A stretch of 63,558 nucleotides of DNA, counting the filler, from Folioceros fuciformis (taxonomy: Eukaryota), in NCBI GenBank assembly GCA_049999805.1. It is 18 parts of 18 records of this genome, joined end to end, with 100 filler letters (N's around TTAATTAATTAA, not from the genome) between each part and the next. Parts side by side here need not be neighbours in the genome. Positions count along the whole stretch, not along the records: positions 34,955 to 39,520 come from JBNGIO010006751.1; positions 39,621 to 47,063 come from JBNGIO010006752.1; positions 47,164 to 56,850 come from JBNGIO010006753.1; 15 more parts are not named here. One strand, given 5' to 3'. Under the pieces are notes generated by a model, which searched no databases, was not told the DNA's origin, and saw nothing but the letters and a program-made list of their open reading frames with translations. The position numbers were made by a program, and so were the translations under genes. Shown here in pieces: positions 34,955 to 47,834 of this stretch (within the stretch, counting starts at the first letter, position 1; each line of letters starts with the position of its first letter).

Positions 34955-37200
34955 GGCCAACGCGGCTCTACGTTGGTCGTTTGTCCAGCCGGACGCGGAG
35001 CCGAGACCTGGAAGATCTCTTCAACAAGTATGGCAGGTAACTACGCCCCTCCTACACTTTGCCCCCGACACCTGTTTGTTGCACGCACGGGAAGGGTTTT
35101 GAGGTCGGAGGTGCACGGCAAATGTAAGAACGAAGAGAGTGGCCAGGACCGCGGGCGGCGGGTGGCTGGTTGAGTGAATGAGAGGTTGGGGTGGTGCAAG
35201 TAATGACCTCATGGCTGGGGACTGATACTCTTCACGAGTTGAGATAGGTGGCCCTTGTGGTGGGTTATGCATCTCAGCTAGTGATATATTGCGCCACAGG
35301 CTTTACTTGTGGGTGGCACAGAGCAGGACGGTTTGATTTGTTACGGTAAGCGGATACAGTAGATGAAGTAGGGCTAAGCGTTAACTCGCATGATGTTCTT
35401 GAAGGTTGGTGGGTTCTCGCCCGGCCAGGAGGTCTATGGTGAGAGGGTGGCCTTGGTGGTATGTTGGTGGCCCTTACTCGCGAAGGGCATGGGAGACTTG
35501 GAGCATCTAGGCCATCTGTCTGTAAAGTTGTAACATGCAGACATGGATTGGCGAGGGTGGATAATGGTGTTTGATTCAACTGACGCCCGGTGTAACGTGA
35601 CATGCCTTGACGTGGTGCGCTGGTCTTTTTTGGCACGCCTTTCCCGCAGAGTGCGAGACGTGGATCTGAAGCACGACTTTGCCTTCGTTGTGTGTATCGA
35701 TCTCCTCCCCCTGTTTGTGTTTTGTTGCATTCCCTGTTTACTCACCACGTTTGAATGGTTTCCAGTTCAGTATTGGAATACTTGTCTTCTTCCTAGTGAT
35801 TTCTTATGTCACTTTGCAGGATGTGGCAGAGAGAAAAAAAAGCAGACAGGTGGTAGCAAGTTGCGATTTCATTTCTAGGGTTGCTGATCGTTTCAGAGCG
35901 TGCAGGAATTTGGTGATCCTCGCGATGCAGACGAGGCCAGACATTTCCTTAATGGAAAAGATTTTGAGGGGAGTCGGCTTGTTGTTGAGTTTGCCAGGAG
36001 GGTGAGAATGCATTAAGGAGCCCATGTCATGTGACTTCCTTGAGTAGAGCCGCACTGTGGAATGTTTGGCATTTGACAGTTGAGTCTGCCTATGTTTCTC
36101 ACAAGCAGGGTCCTCGAGGTCCTGGTGGTGTTCGGGAGTACCTTGGGAGAGGGCCACCTCCTGGGACTGGTCGCTGTTACAACTGTGGGAATGATGGGCA
36201 TTGGGCCCGTGATTGCAAGGCTGGTGACTGGAGGGACAAATGCTACCGGTGTGGCCAGCGTGGTCACATTGAAAGGAACTGTCGGAACAGCCCAAGACCT
36301 TACAATAGGTACATGGTCATCCGGGGTGACCCCTGTGGTGCATTGTCAGCTTTGTGCATCCATGGTAACATAAGAGGCGTGTTTGTTAATGCAGTGCATC
36401 CCGATCACCATCCCGTTCACGATCACGTGAACGGGCCCGTAGTCGCAGCCGCAGCCGCAGCAGGAGCTACTCTCGGAGCAGGAGCCGCAGGCATGTGTTT
36501 GGACACTGTCGTGTTGTTTTATGATCAACAGCATTGCTATCGGTTTTTCTTCCTTGTAAAGCCTGTTCTGATTGGAGTGGCGATGTCATGTGGTGTGCGG
36601 AGCAGCCGGTCACCGAAGAGGGAGCGGGCCCCGCGCAGCCCTGTGAAGGAGGAGAAGGGGAAGCGCACTCGTAGTCGCAGCCGAAGTTTCAGCCCCGAGC
36701 ACAGGAAAGGGCGGAGTCCGTCCCCTGTCCCTGTGGATAACAATGGGAAGGGTTTGGGAGACGTGAGCATGAGCCCCGCCAAGGAGATCGAACGAGATGG
36801 GACTCCCACCCGGAGTCCGGTGGCGCGCGAGGCAAGCCCTGTTGTCATTCGGAGTCCCAGCCCTGTGGTGAATCGCAGCCCCGGCTGGGCAAGTCCTGGC
36901 GCGGGCAGAAGCCCAAGGAGTCCGAGGAGCCCCAGGAATCCCAGGAGTCCGAGGAGCCCAAGGAGTCCGAGGAGCCCAAGGAGTCCGAGGAGCCCAAGAA
37001 GTCCGAGGAGCCCCAGAAGTCCCAGCCCAGCGGCCAGCCCAGCAGAGAAGCGAGAGACTTGGGCGCCCAGCAGTCCCAGCCCAGCTACGGGTGGGAGCCC
37101 TAGCCCAGCAGTTGGTGGAGGCAGGAGTCCAGGTGCCCAGGGGCCAAGCCCTGGCCGAAGCAGGAGTCCGTCTCCTTCCCCTTCCCGCGAAGCGGTGTGA
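34955..37200 (+). CDS. RS2Z: RS2Z-subfamily SR splicing factor (RRM, two CCHC knuckles, RS/SP domain), 5'-truncated
   Basis: [74 protein letters not shown], and an RS/SP tail ending in TGA at 37200. Confidence 0.95.
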
Positions 37201-39231
37201 TGGCCTGCTCCATTCGTCGTGCATCACTGTCCCATCTGCTGCTGATCATGTCGCTTCTTGTGTTGTTGGGACACTTGATTATCGTTTCCTTTTTTAAAAT
37301 TCTGCGTCAAATTGGTTGTTTGTGATGTCGTTACTCAGTTGTAGCAGGTTGTGGGCCAGGGAGTCCTTGGCTTAAACCCTGAGCTGTAGTTGCATAGATG
37401 TAAGATGCTTGCTGGCGTGCAGTGCTAGCCAGGTTGCACGCTTCTATTACAGTGGTTCCATGTCTTACTTCGTGGTGGTCGAGTGTTAATTTTAAGGGGC
37501 TGGGCCCTGGAATGGTAGTACGTACTATGCTGGGCTCTGTGGCGCCCTGGTGCTGGTGTAACCTGATCCATCTATACCCCGCTTGCTCAAGTGTGGTGTT
37601 GAACAAAACGGTGCAGGTTGTTGCTCGTCTCTGTTTTGATTGTTTGGGGTGTAGGGTGTGGGCCGGCTGAAGGCGGATGCCCAGAGCAGCTCTGTGGACG
37701 GAGAAGTTGTACTGCGTTGTTGTCATGATGTCTAATATAAATCATGGTGGGTACTGGCAATTGCTTGCTCGCTTGCTTGCCCGGAGAGGCTTGTCGGATG
37801 GATTGTCAGAGTGTGGAGTAGCAGGAGGCTGTAGTGGTAGTCCTGCATGGAGATTCCCAGGTCCGGTAGCCCATGAGGCGAGGCCGGCGCACGGGGCACG
37901 AGCATTTGCTTTATCACTCTAACACGGGCTCCGTGGAATCGTGATTGGGCATGATGGGCGGTCGCCGGGTTGGTGTGGCGGTGCGTGATGGTTCCCCCAT
38001 GGGAACACAGCCTGCGCCCGTGGCGGCCTCCGCTCCGCGACAAGGGCGCTTCGGGAAGGCTTCCGGCCGGGCCCCACGGTGGTGTCAGTTGGCCGCTTTG
38101 CGCCTCGCCGGTTATGTGTCCTGGCGCCAGGACTGGCTCTGATCAGGCCGGTGGCTGGACATCCTGCCTCCATCAGAGGAGGTGCGTGATTGCCTCTCTG
38201 CCCCTGCCTCTGCCTCTGCCTCTGCGGCAGCCGCTGGAGCTGCTGTTGTTTCTGTAGCAGTTGCAGCAACAGAAGGAGCAGCAGGAGCAGCAGAGGCTGT
38301 GATTTGCCAGGCTTTCCAGGCCCAGGCTCAGGCCCAGGCAGCTCTCCATCTTCATCTCCTCTTCCTCCGCCTCCTCCTCTCAGCCTCACCCTTTTCCATA
38401 CGGACTGCAGCCGTTTGAGTGGCCCCAAATCGCTGCCAATGCGGCTTCCCTCCATCTGCACAGTCTCTTTACTCCTTCCCCCTCGCCAGAGCAGGGCAGT
38501 CGGCAGTGGGGAGTAGGGACGGGGCCCTCGGAGTTGGAAGCCCGCCCGTGACCTCCTTTGCAGCAGAGCAGGGCAAAGCAGCCGCCTCTCCTTTCAGGCC
38601 TGGGCTCCTTGGGTTGAGCGACAATCGTCGGGACGTGTGCGGCTGCGGTTCCGGCTCTCAGACAGTGTCGTGTGTTGTCGTTGCTACACCTATCTTGCTC
38701 GTGATCCTATGCTGACATGTGTTGCATCCACGAACGAAGCGAAGCCCGGTTCCGACCCCGGCCCCGGCCCCGGCTCAGAGTCTTGAATTCTGCACAATAA
38801 AAGCCTGCCGCCGCTCTTTCTATCTGTCTTCAGCCTAGACCTCTGCAAAGGCTGCTGCGGCTGCCATCCGTTCTTCCATCATCGCAAGCACCCTTTTTCC
38901 GCAGTCTGCCGGGCCAGCCAGATGACCGCCACTTTGACCATGGTAGATGGTCGTGGTGCATTTGGGAACACGTCTCCACAATGTTGCCGGTGCGATCATG
39001 ATTCGATCTCTTCACATTGATTGAATGCCTGGATTGTAGGTAGCTCGGTAGCTGTTGGTAGCTTCACTTCCTTCCCTCTGCTTCCTCCTCCTCTCCGGAC
39101 TGTTCCTTTCCTTTCTCTCAAACTCTACTGTACTAGTCACTGTAGACTAGCACGGCTTCATTCCTCACACCAGAGCAGAGTCGAGTCGAGCTTAAGACCT
39201 CGTAGATCGGCTTCCATTTTCCGACATCAAG

Positions 39232-39520
39232 ATGGCGCAGTCCTCCGTCTGCTGCTGCAGTGGTCACGGCCGACGCCGCCCGCAGCAGGGATTGGTCATG
39301 CTGCTCTTACCATGCATCCTTAGCTGTTTGCATCTATCCGGTGTCGAGGCTCGCGATCGGGATGTACAATCCTTCGGATCCGATTTCCACAGTCCAGCAT
39401 TCCCAGCAGTGCGACCAGGACTAGTACTGCCTTCCGCGTACGCTATCAGAAGATACAGCTCCATCTCCGCAGTCCCGCTGCCGGGGGAGTCGGCAGCCCA
39501 AGGGGACGGATACAGGGACA
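39232..39520 (+). CDS. Probable N-terminus of a secreted protein, truncated by gap
   Basis: AAGATGG start; basic residues then LVMLLLPCILSCLHLSGVEA resemble a signal peptide; frame open to the gap. Confidence 0.4.
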
Positions 39521-39620
39521 NNNNNNNNNNNNNNNNNNNNNNNNNNNNNNNNNNNNNNNNNNNNTTAATTAATTAANNNNNNNNNNNNNNNNNNNNNNNN
39601 NNNNNNNNNNNNNNNNNNNN

Positions 39621-40420
39621 TCCTTATCCTCACTGATGGGCTGCAAGCGAGCCTGGACATTCATAAGAGTACTTGGAGACAAAGCATCTGTTGTTTGAAA
39701 CTCTTGATCATCTTTCATAGAAACATCACCATCCATTATAACAACACCCCACTCTGCATTCTTACATGATGGACAATCATGTTGTCCAATATTTGCACAA
39801 TTTTGACAAAAATTAGATGCATTTTCATCTTCATGTGTGTCATTCTTCAAACTCACAATGGGCTGACCAAAGTTTCCTTCATCACATGTAGGACATCTTT
39901 TCCCGAATCCTTTCTTGAAACTATATCTCACACACATCAAATGACACACATGGTTACAATCCCAAGGGCAATATCTTTCCACTTCGGAAATGGGTTGTTG
40001 ACAAATCCTACAAGTTGTTGTAATGTCATGCACTAATTCCTCATCACAAAGTTGATAGATATGGCGGTGTGCCAAATGGGCTGGCCTTACTAAAGGAACT
40101 AAGTACTTAATTGGGTCCTCATTAGGATTAGATACTTGTAGAGGTACAATGCAATTTTCAGGAAGGCGCAAAGTTTGCCCTAAAGAAGTTGCTTTAAGAA
40201 GGTGAGTGGGGACCAAGGCAAATGGTACATTCACTACTCCAGTCACTGCACTTTTGATGTTGTTTATTCTCACTTTGATTCCTCTTGAGGTTTCTCCTTG
40301 AATTTTTCCAAACAACCACTTCCTCCTATTGCATCTCACACCCACAGGGTCATCTACACAAAATTCTGAGAAGACTTCTAAATTGTTGTTTGGGGGCTCT
40401 AGAGATGTTGTACTAGACAT
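39621..40420 (-). CDS. Hypothetical RING-H2 protein, 3'-truncated
   Basis: CRIC...CNHVCHLMC...CPTC fits C3H2C3 spacing; a second Cys cluster CQNCANIGQHDCPSC follows. Confidence 0.65.
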
Positions 40421-41984
40421 TTATGAGAACTTGACAAGAAGTCTTATTTCAATGGTTCTACTACATGGGTCAATCTCGATCTTGTTAATCAATGGCACAA
40501 TCCACTGTATAATCTACTAACTATACCATATAATTAGTCAAGGGTAAGAAATTTTAGTTTAACCAAGTGAAATTCTAGATCATAATTTTATTTTTATTTT
40601 AAAATATGAATATAAAATTTGAATTATCTTTCATATAGACATGGAATGTAATCAATGATATCCAAATTTTTGTTAAAAATAAGATATAAAAACTATTAAT
40701 TAAATTAAAAATGAAGACTAATATACACACATGAATTCTAAGTGATATTTTATGTTCTTAGGCCATTTGCCTTTTTTGAAACCACTACTTGGAACCCTAT
40801 TATGAGCAAATAATATGATTAAGAGAAATTTAAAATAAAAATAGTACAAGGGAACTAACTTTCTAAATTATGTGTAGAAGTATATTCAATATGATGTATT
40901 TCTACTACATATTTATACATATTTTTAATCAAAAAATAAAGTAAAATACTTATCATTTTGAGTTAATTTGAGTAAGATTGTTCTTATGGAGAGATAGATA
41001 CTGGCTTCCCTTTAATGTGCTAAGAAGTCAATGAAAAACCGCTTGACATAAGTTTAATTTTATCTTCTAAAAAATTACTATTTAGTAAATTTCAATAAAA
41101 TTCTTCTTTTCATAATTAATATTTTTTTTAAGGATTGATTAATGATATGTTGTTAAGAGCATTTTTGTAATTATTATTAACTATAGTTTTAGTGAGATGC
41201 ATCCAATGTATCATAGCTTTGTAAAGCTTTGCTAAGTGACTTTGTAGAACTTAGCTAAATCCTAATTTTATATCAAGCCCAATTGCATGAAGGCTAATCA
41301 AGCTAACAACTTCTAGACCCTAACTTTGATATTATGTAGTTGAATTTTCTTGGTCAAGCTACTTTTAGGAGGAGCTTGAATGTAGGAAGTCCATGACTTT
41401 ACCAAGAGTTATTATTCCACTTTGTTTTAGTTTTGAATCTATTGAGTTAGTAAGCAACAAGTATGAAGAACATAAACAACATGATTTTGAAAGGGGGTTA
41501 ATGTATAAATCCACTCTACAGAATTCAAACCCTTCTGTAATTTTTTTTCCCACCATTCCAAAATATCATTATTTGCTAAAAATTTGAAAGACATCCATGT
41601 TTTTGGTATATAGAATGTAAGCTTGACTAACATACATGCTTTAGGTATAAAGAATTTAAATTTTTCCTCTTTTCTAGAATATGTGTCAACACAATCAAAG
41701 TGTATTGAGAGATTATTAAACTCTTGGCAAAAATGTCTTTGTATTCATGGTAATGTACTAGAGTATCTCATAAGCTTGGTGACTTTACAAATCAAGAGGG
41801 GTTTCACTTCAAGATGTGCAACAAAGGATCGTAGAATGATGAATTCACTTTAGACTAGAGGCCATTAAGAACAATGCCACAAATGAAACTAGGTGAAAAG
41901 ATAAAAATCAAAAGAGTTGAAAGCTGATCCACTAGCTGCTCTATTGAACATGCATGTGTTGCATGCTTCGTGCTGCATTGTGTG

Positions 41985-43072
41985 GAGATGCATGTGTCAA
42001 ATACTTCACATAGAATTTCTCATGGAGTGATTGCCTTGTTGCTTGTTGAAGATGCATCTATCAAATGCTTCACACAGACCTTCTCATGGAGTGACTACCT
42101 TGCTCAAGATGTATCTGTTAAATGCTTCACTGAGAACTCCTCCAAGAGGGACTAACTTATTAAAGATACATTTGTTAAATGCTTCACATAGAACTCCTCA
42201 AGGAGTGACTACCTTGTTGAAGATGCATGTGTTAAATACCTCATGAATAACTCCTACTAGAGGGGGTTGTGACAAACCCTAATACTTGGAGAGATTAGTT
42301 GTGTAAATGGACCCTTGTATCAACATCTAAGTAGATAAGGTTACTCAGCGAGATATATACGCGATAGGACAAAGGCTTGATGACACTCATTACTTGAATA
42401 GGACATTAGAGACTCAATTGTAAGTTTTGTGTGGAAAGTGCTTTGGAGAGCTTGGATAGCAAGCTTGTCAGAGAATGAAGGGTGGTAGTCAATTGGGGTT
42501 AAGATTGCTAGATTGTGTTGTGTAAGAATTCCTTTTAAATAGTAGTACCTTGAGGGAGTGGTTAGTGTATGGCAGGCTTCTTGGAGCCTAGTGCTATGTC
42601 TGTCAGAGTTGAGTTGAGTCTGTGCATGGTGGGCTTCTTGGAGCCTAGTGCTATGTCTGTGAGAGTTGAGTCTGTGCATGGTGGCCTTCTTAGAGCCTAG
42701 TGCTATGTCTGCCAGAGTTGAAGTCGCTGCAAAGCCAACACTTGTGAGAGTTGAGTGCTTTGGCTGTATGCTGGCCTCTTGAGAAGTGAATTGACAGGTC
42801 CAAAGTTGCAAGGAAGCCTAGAGTTAGGTGCATTGGAAGTTGTGCAATGAATCGAGGAGGTTTCCTTGAAAGGAAAGACCTATGTGAGAGCTTAGTGCAC
42901 AAGGAAAGACCTATGTGAGAGCTTAGTGCCTTGTGCACTCGTCTTTACAAGGTGAATTAACGGTGGTCTCTTAAAGGGAACTGACAAGGGTCAAGATGTT
43001 GCCTTGTGCACTCGTCTTTACAAGGTGAATTGACGGTGGTCTCTTAAAGGGGAACTGATGAGGGTCAAGATG
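41985..43072 (+). mobile_element. Probable decayed LTR-element 3' end: five 57-bp tandem repeats, PPT-like AGAGGGGGT, then a TG-starting LTR-like segment with internal duplications
   Basis: Repeats at 41985-42260; purine tract 42259-42267 followed by TGTGAC at 42268; duplications at 42575-42720, 42870-42930 and 42928-43072. Confidence 0.5.
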
Positions 43073-43704
43073 TGCCCCGAAGAGTGAACGAGATTCCATC
43101 CAAAGCTGCTTGGCAGGGGGAGGGAGCGTTACTTGGTGAGTATGTAATTGGGTCGGACAGTTTTTATTTCACCCTCCAGAATGGTTGGAAATCCATCGCT
43201 ACAACACCTCAAAAATTATGGAAAGACAGCCACAACACCACACACGTCGACCGTTTCTATGACATGGAAAATAACCCCTCTTCGCAAAGAGGACATTTCA
43301 CTTGTACCTAATAAACCAGACTTCCGTCATGTCCTCCTGCACGCCACATGTTGGCAGCAGAATGGCTTACTTGTTGCCCAGAAATCTTAACCATCACCAA
43401 GCACAGGTAAGCATTTACAGGGATCTAGAAGTTGCGACTGCGAGACCTAGAATCTAATGTCAATGTAATCAACTTTCAGCATTGGGCACGATGCCACATA
43501 ATGGACAAGTGCGGTAAAGAAATATCTAGGGGCATTGTACACTCTTGAGGAAGGATAAAATACAAGCTATTAACTTCTGACTCAGCGCGTGAAGACCCGA
43601 CTTCAGGATCCCACCATCAAGCTCACGTAGCGTCAGCCCATCAGGGAGTCCTGCAAGGAAAGGTGTAATCATCCGCCAATTTTCAAATCCAGATCATGGA
43701 TCCG

Positions 43705-46700
43705 CTATCGAAGCTGAAACTGATTGCCAGTTTCAAAAATAGCTGTTGTCAGGTTGTTCGCAAGCTCCTCATAGCTGCCATAGTCGGGCAGAATGAGCTC
43801 ATTGAAGCATGTGTGCGCCTGCATAAAAAAACCCAAGAGTCCAGCTCCACATCAACCTTCAATACTGAACTAAACCCAACTGGAAAATTCACGTAACACT
43901 CAAGAGCAGCTAGACCAACCACATTTACAAGGTTTTCTGAAAACCAAAGCTGTTCAAAGAGACGACATTACCTGAGGTAACCTTGTTGGATCAGAAACAC
44001 GAACAATATGGAAAGGTCTAAGGCCTTCACTCCCACGCAACCCCTGTACAAAGAAGGGCTTTCAGATTTACCATCCAGCACAAGAGCAATGCACGAGTCA
44101 TGCAATATACAAGCGTCTTGTTACCTTGAAGCCATCTGGATAGGGGACCTGAAAATGCCCCAAAACGAAAACGTTAGCAACACAATTAAGGCCCCAGGAT
44201 ATTTCATGAAATATATATATCTAACAAAATCTAAAAACATGCCACTATACACCTTTGATGTCCCAGTGACAAATTGCAATAGCCGTGCTCGCATCTCTTG
44301 ATCCCACGATTCTACCAGCTGGTAAGACAAGAACAAGAAGGGAAGTCAGCCAGGCTCTAATTCCACACAGTCTGCTAAACCGTTTTTGGTCTCGAGCTCG
44401 TTCCAGAAGCTTCCATTCAAAGACGTCACCTGCCAAAACCATCGTATGACATAGCAGTCAACTGTATCCCTATAGCCTGCTTTGTAGACGGTATGTTTCC
44501 TCCTGGTTGGCAGACAGGCACATACATAACAGTCAGCAATACGAACAAAATAAGGAGGGGAAACAATTCTAGATAGTCTGAAACAGCATACCAGTCGGCA
44601 GAGTCAATAATAGGGAGCCCACCAATAAGCCATTCGAGTTCATTTTCGTCAAAATTCTGAAATTAGCACCACATGAACTTAGATGACGGAACACCCAGAA
44701 GCAGCCAATCCAGGGAAGGACAAATCCGAGAAGATGAAAGTAGCTGGTGGCTTAATACAAGCATCAACAAAAACCAGACAAAGGAAACAAAGTGGCGTCA
44801 CACAGAATCCAACCTTCAACAAGGCCGGATCAACCACTCTTGACAATCCACTGCGTAGAGCTTGAAACTGATGCTCTACACTTTCTGCCACAGCCATGGC
44901 AACCAGGTGACCACGTAAGTCCCACAGATAACTACTGGTCAGAGCCAGAGCTGGATCCATTCCAATCTCAAATAGCGCAGGACAGAAATACATACCCCTA
45001 AGCTGATACGCAGCTACAAGGTCTACATATTCACGTTTGTTTTGTTCTGTAACGAGCAATTCTTTCCCCTTGGTTTTCAGCTGCAGCTCCAGAAAGGGAA
45101 TCAAGGTCTAACATGTGCTTGACAGTGAACGGTGACAACTAAGGACCCACTAGTCTTCAACATCAGTGGGGTAACTGCAAACATCATCTTACCTCTATTT
45201 CCTCATACGCTCCGAAGTTCTCTCTATCAACAGAAAATGTCAAGCCCAGATCTAGACCATCCAATTTATTTTCCAATAGCTGCAAGGGGAGATGGCAAAA
45301 ACGTTGTCAATAAAGATTTCATCCTCTCGTGCAGCTTGGTAGAAGTTAAGAGCACTGCACGCACCCAGCATAAGCTCCTGTAGAACTGCACATCAACAGT
45401 TGCCATATCATGATACGTCACTGGCTTGTCAAGAATTCGCTTATAGACCAGCCTGGTAAAATGGGCGTCAAGGAGGCACCCATCCAGAAGGGCTTTGCCA
45501 ACAATAGTCCCAATAAACCGAAAAAAGTCAAGGTGATCGGGGTTCACCCCCGAATTAGGATTGATTTGGTACGTATAGTCGTCTGCTGCACTGCTAGTGA
45601 AAAGCACATATTGAGGATTGAACACCTCCCTGCTGAGCACACTAAACCAGTCCCTTGTAACACCACCATCATCTCGTCCAACCTCTCCAACAAATTGTAC
45701 AGAAAGAGGGTTTCGTAAATCATCGTCGCTTATGGATGCAAACTGCACAGAGTGAGTGAGAAACATGAGGGTGTGAATCAGAAGGAAGAGGCACGGCAAA
45801 GGATCCCCTGGAACACAGTGAGCACCTGCAAATAAGAATCTTGGAACACTTGATCTCGTCTAACAGCAATCTGCAACAGTCTTCGTTCACCACGAGGGGT
45901 AGACGGTTCAGACTTGCCACCATCTCTCCCTTTGGCAAGCTCTCTGGAAAAAAATAGCCGGCACAGTGTCACACATCAGCAGCGCAGCTCAGTCACAGAA
46001 GGTAGCCCCAAACGCTGATAAGGTTGAGGAACTGGTGGACCCGAACAGCAACATGCGTCGCATGCACTCAGCAGCAGTCCAAGAACCAAGTATTTACACG
46101 GTCGAGTCTCACCTTGCGAGCCACTCCCGCTTCATTTTAAACAGGGATCCCATGCTAAGATGATCCTTCAATTCCGATATAGCCTTTATACTTGGGTAAT
46201 CTATCGCTGGAGACACCCTCCCATCCCTGCTGTAAGAATCATGCCTCGCGGGCGGAGCAGGCAGTATCCCCGACGAGGGTATAGACACTCTGTGGTCATT
46301 AATGGACAGCTGTATCGCAGTTTCCAGATCCGCAGCTGCAGCCACCACATGCAAAGACGCAGCAAAAACTAAGGCTCGGTTGGTTCAAAGTCCAGTCACA
46401 ACAACAACCCGACATAGGCCACACCGACACGGACTTCTCCTGTCCCTCTTCCACAATCTTCAGCTGAGTAAGCCACTCGAGCTCCAAAAATTCAAGCACT
46501 AAAACCTCCACATAAATTCACCCCGCACGCACGCACGCAAGCCCTCCCCAGCAGCTCCCGACCGACCCACCGGCGGACTACCCCACACAATGCAGCGCCA
46601 CCAGAGCACTCTCGCGCGGCAAGAATTGCGTGCCGAGGCAAGGGAAACAAAAAGAAGGGCCTCCGGGAGCTCTAAGAAGGCAGGAATTCCAGCAGAATCA

Positions 46701-46956
46701 CAAATTCACAATTCCCCGAACACATTCTCAGAACTGGTCTCCAGCAGATCCAGCATGCACCACTCCCACCTTCCCGCCGTCTCTGCCTCCGTTGCCGGTG
46801 CCCCACGCAGCTGATCGCGGCAGCCCCCAGCACCACCACCAGCAAGATCCCCACTCCCACCAGCCCGAGTGCCTCAAAATCCTTGGCTACCGGGTCTCCT
46901 CTCGGCACCCAGCTCCTCGAGTGAGGCCTCGATTGCACCATCTTTACCGCTACCAT
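43705..46956 (-). CDS. HECT E3 ubiquitin ligase with predicted N-terminal transmembrane helix and UIM; about 14 exons, ~535 aa
   Basis: HECT motifs FVGEVGRDDGGVTRDWF, YQINPNSGVNPDHLDFFRFIG, RLLQFVTGTSK|VP, RLPQ|AHTCFNELILPDY with catalytic Cys; stop at 43707-43705; GT-AG introns keep the frame. Confidence 0.9.
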
Positions 46957-47834
46957 CTACTCATCCCCACACCTCCAAATTCACATCCCCCGGGCCGCCT
47001 TGTCCACGCCGACACCAGGCCCCGGCGCCAGCGAGCCCCGCAGTCCGCCCTGCCCTGCCCTCANNNNNNNNNNNNNNNNNNNNNNNNNNNNNNNNNNNNN
47101 NNNNNNNTTAATTAATTAANNNNNNNNNNNNNNNNNNNNNNNNNNNNNNNNNNNNNNNNNNNNTGTCTGCCTGTGCTGGGTTGTGCTGGGCTAACGTCAG
47201 CTGCTACTGAGCGGATCGGATGAATCTTGTCGGGCGCGAGGAAGTGGGTCGCCGCCTCTAGGATTTAATGCTGCCCTGCTCTCTTCGCTGGACCAAAGAA
47301 AACGTGTCGCTCAAGTTTTAGACATCAGTTAACAGATGTTCTCCTTCGTCACGCACCCTCAGTGAGAAATTCCTTGGCGATCTCATTGGCAGCCAAACTG
47401 AAGGAAGAACGGCGTGAGGATTTTCATCACTTTGACACAAACATGCCAGCCAGTGTCAGTCACGATCTGAGTGTGGAGTCACACTATGACCGGTCAGTGC
47501 TGCGTCACCTCGTTGCTCAGGGTGGTGATCATCCTCACCGCGAACGGGATTCACACGTGATCGGTGATGGCGATTCATGGCCGCCATAGAATTAGGGCGA
47601 GTTTACCTCATGGAATGTCCGTTGCGACCTCTAACTTATCATAAGAAAGGTCTGTAAAACTGTTTTCACGGGATACACCTGGATTGTGTTCAATTCGTGT
47701 TCCACTTTTCTTGCGGGAGGCGCCACTTTGTTGTGCGCTTTAGGGTTGCGGAGTGGAGCTGGTTTCCAAGCTAACATTTACTCACACACTCCCTAGGACT
47801 GCATGGTTATCCATGCTCTTAAGAAGCTGTTCCA

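Noticed and set aside
37900-38520. Low-complexity ORFs on both strands and a weak fold-back
   Set aside because: Explained by GCCTCT and GCA microsatellites; no peptide-hormone motif or miRNA-quality hairpin.
1-46956. Apparent cluster of ubiquitin-system genes (SINA, BTB, RING, HECT)
   Set aside because: Mostly on separate contigs with unrelated genes in between; E3 genes are very common in plants.
47358-47432. Minus-strand GTGATGA...CTGA pair resembling a C/D snoRNA
   Set aside because: No terminal stem or recognisable rRNA/snRNA guide; such box pairs occur by chance.
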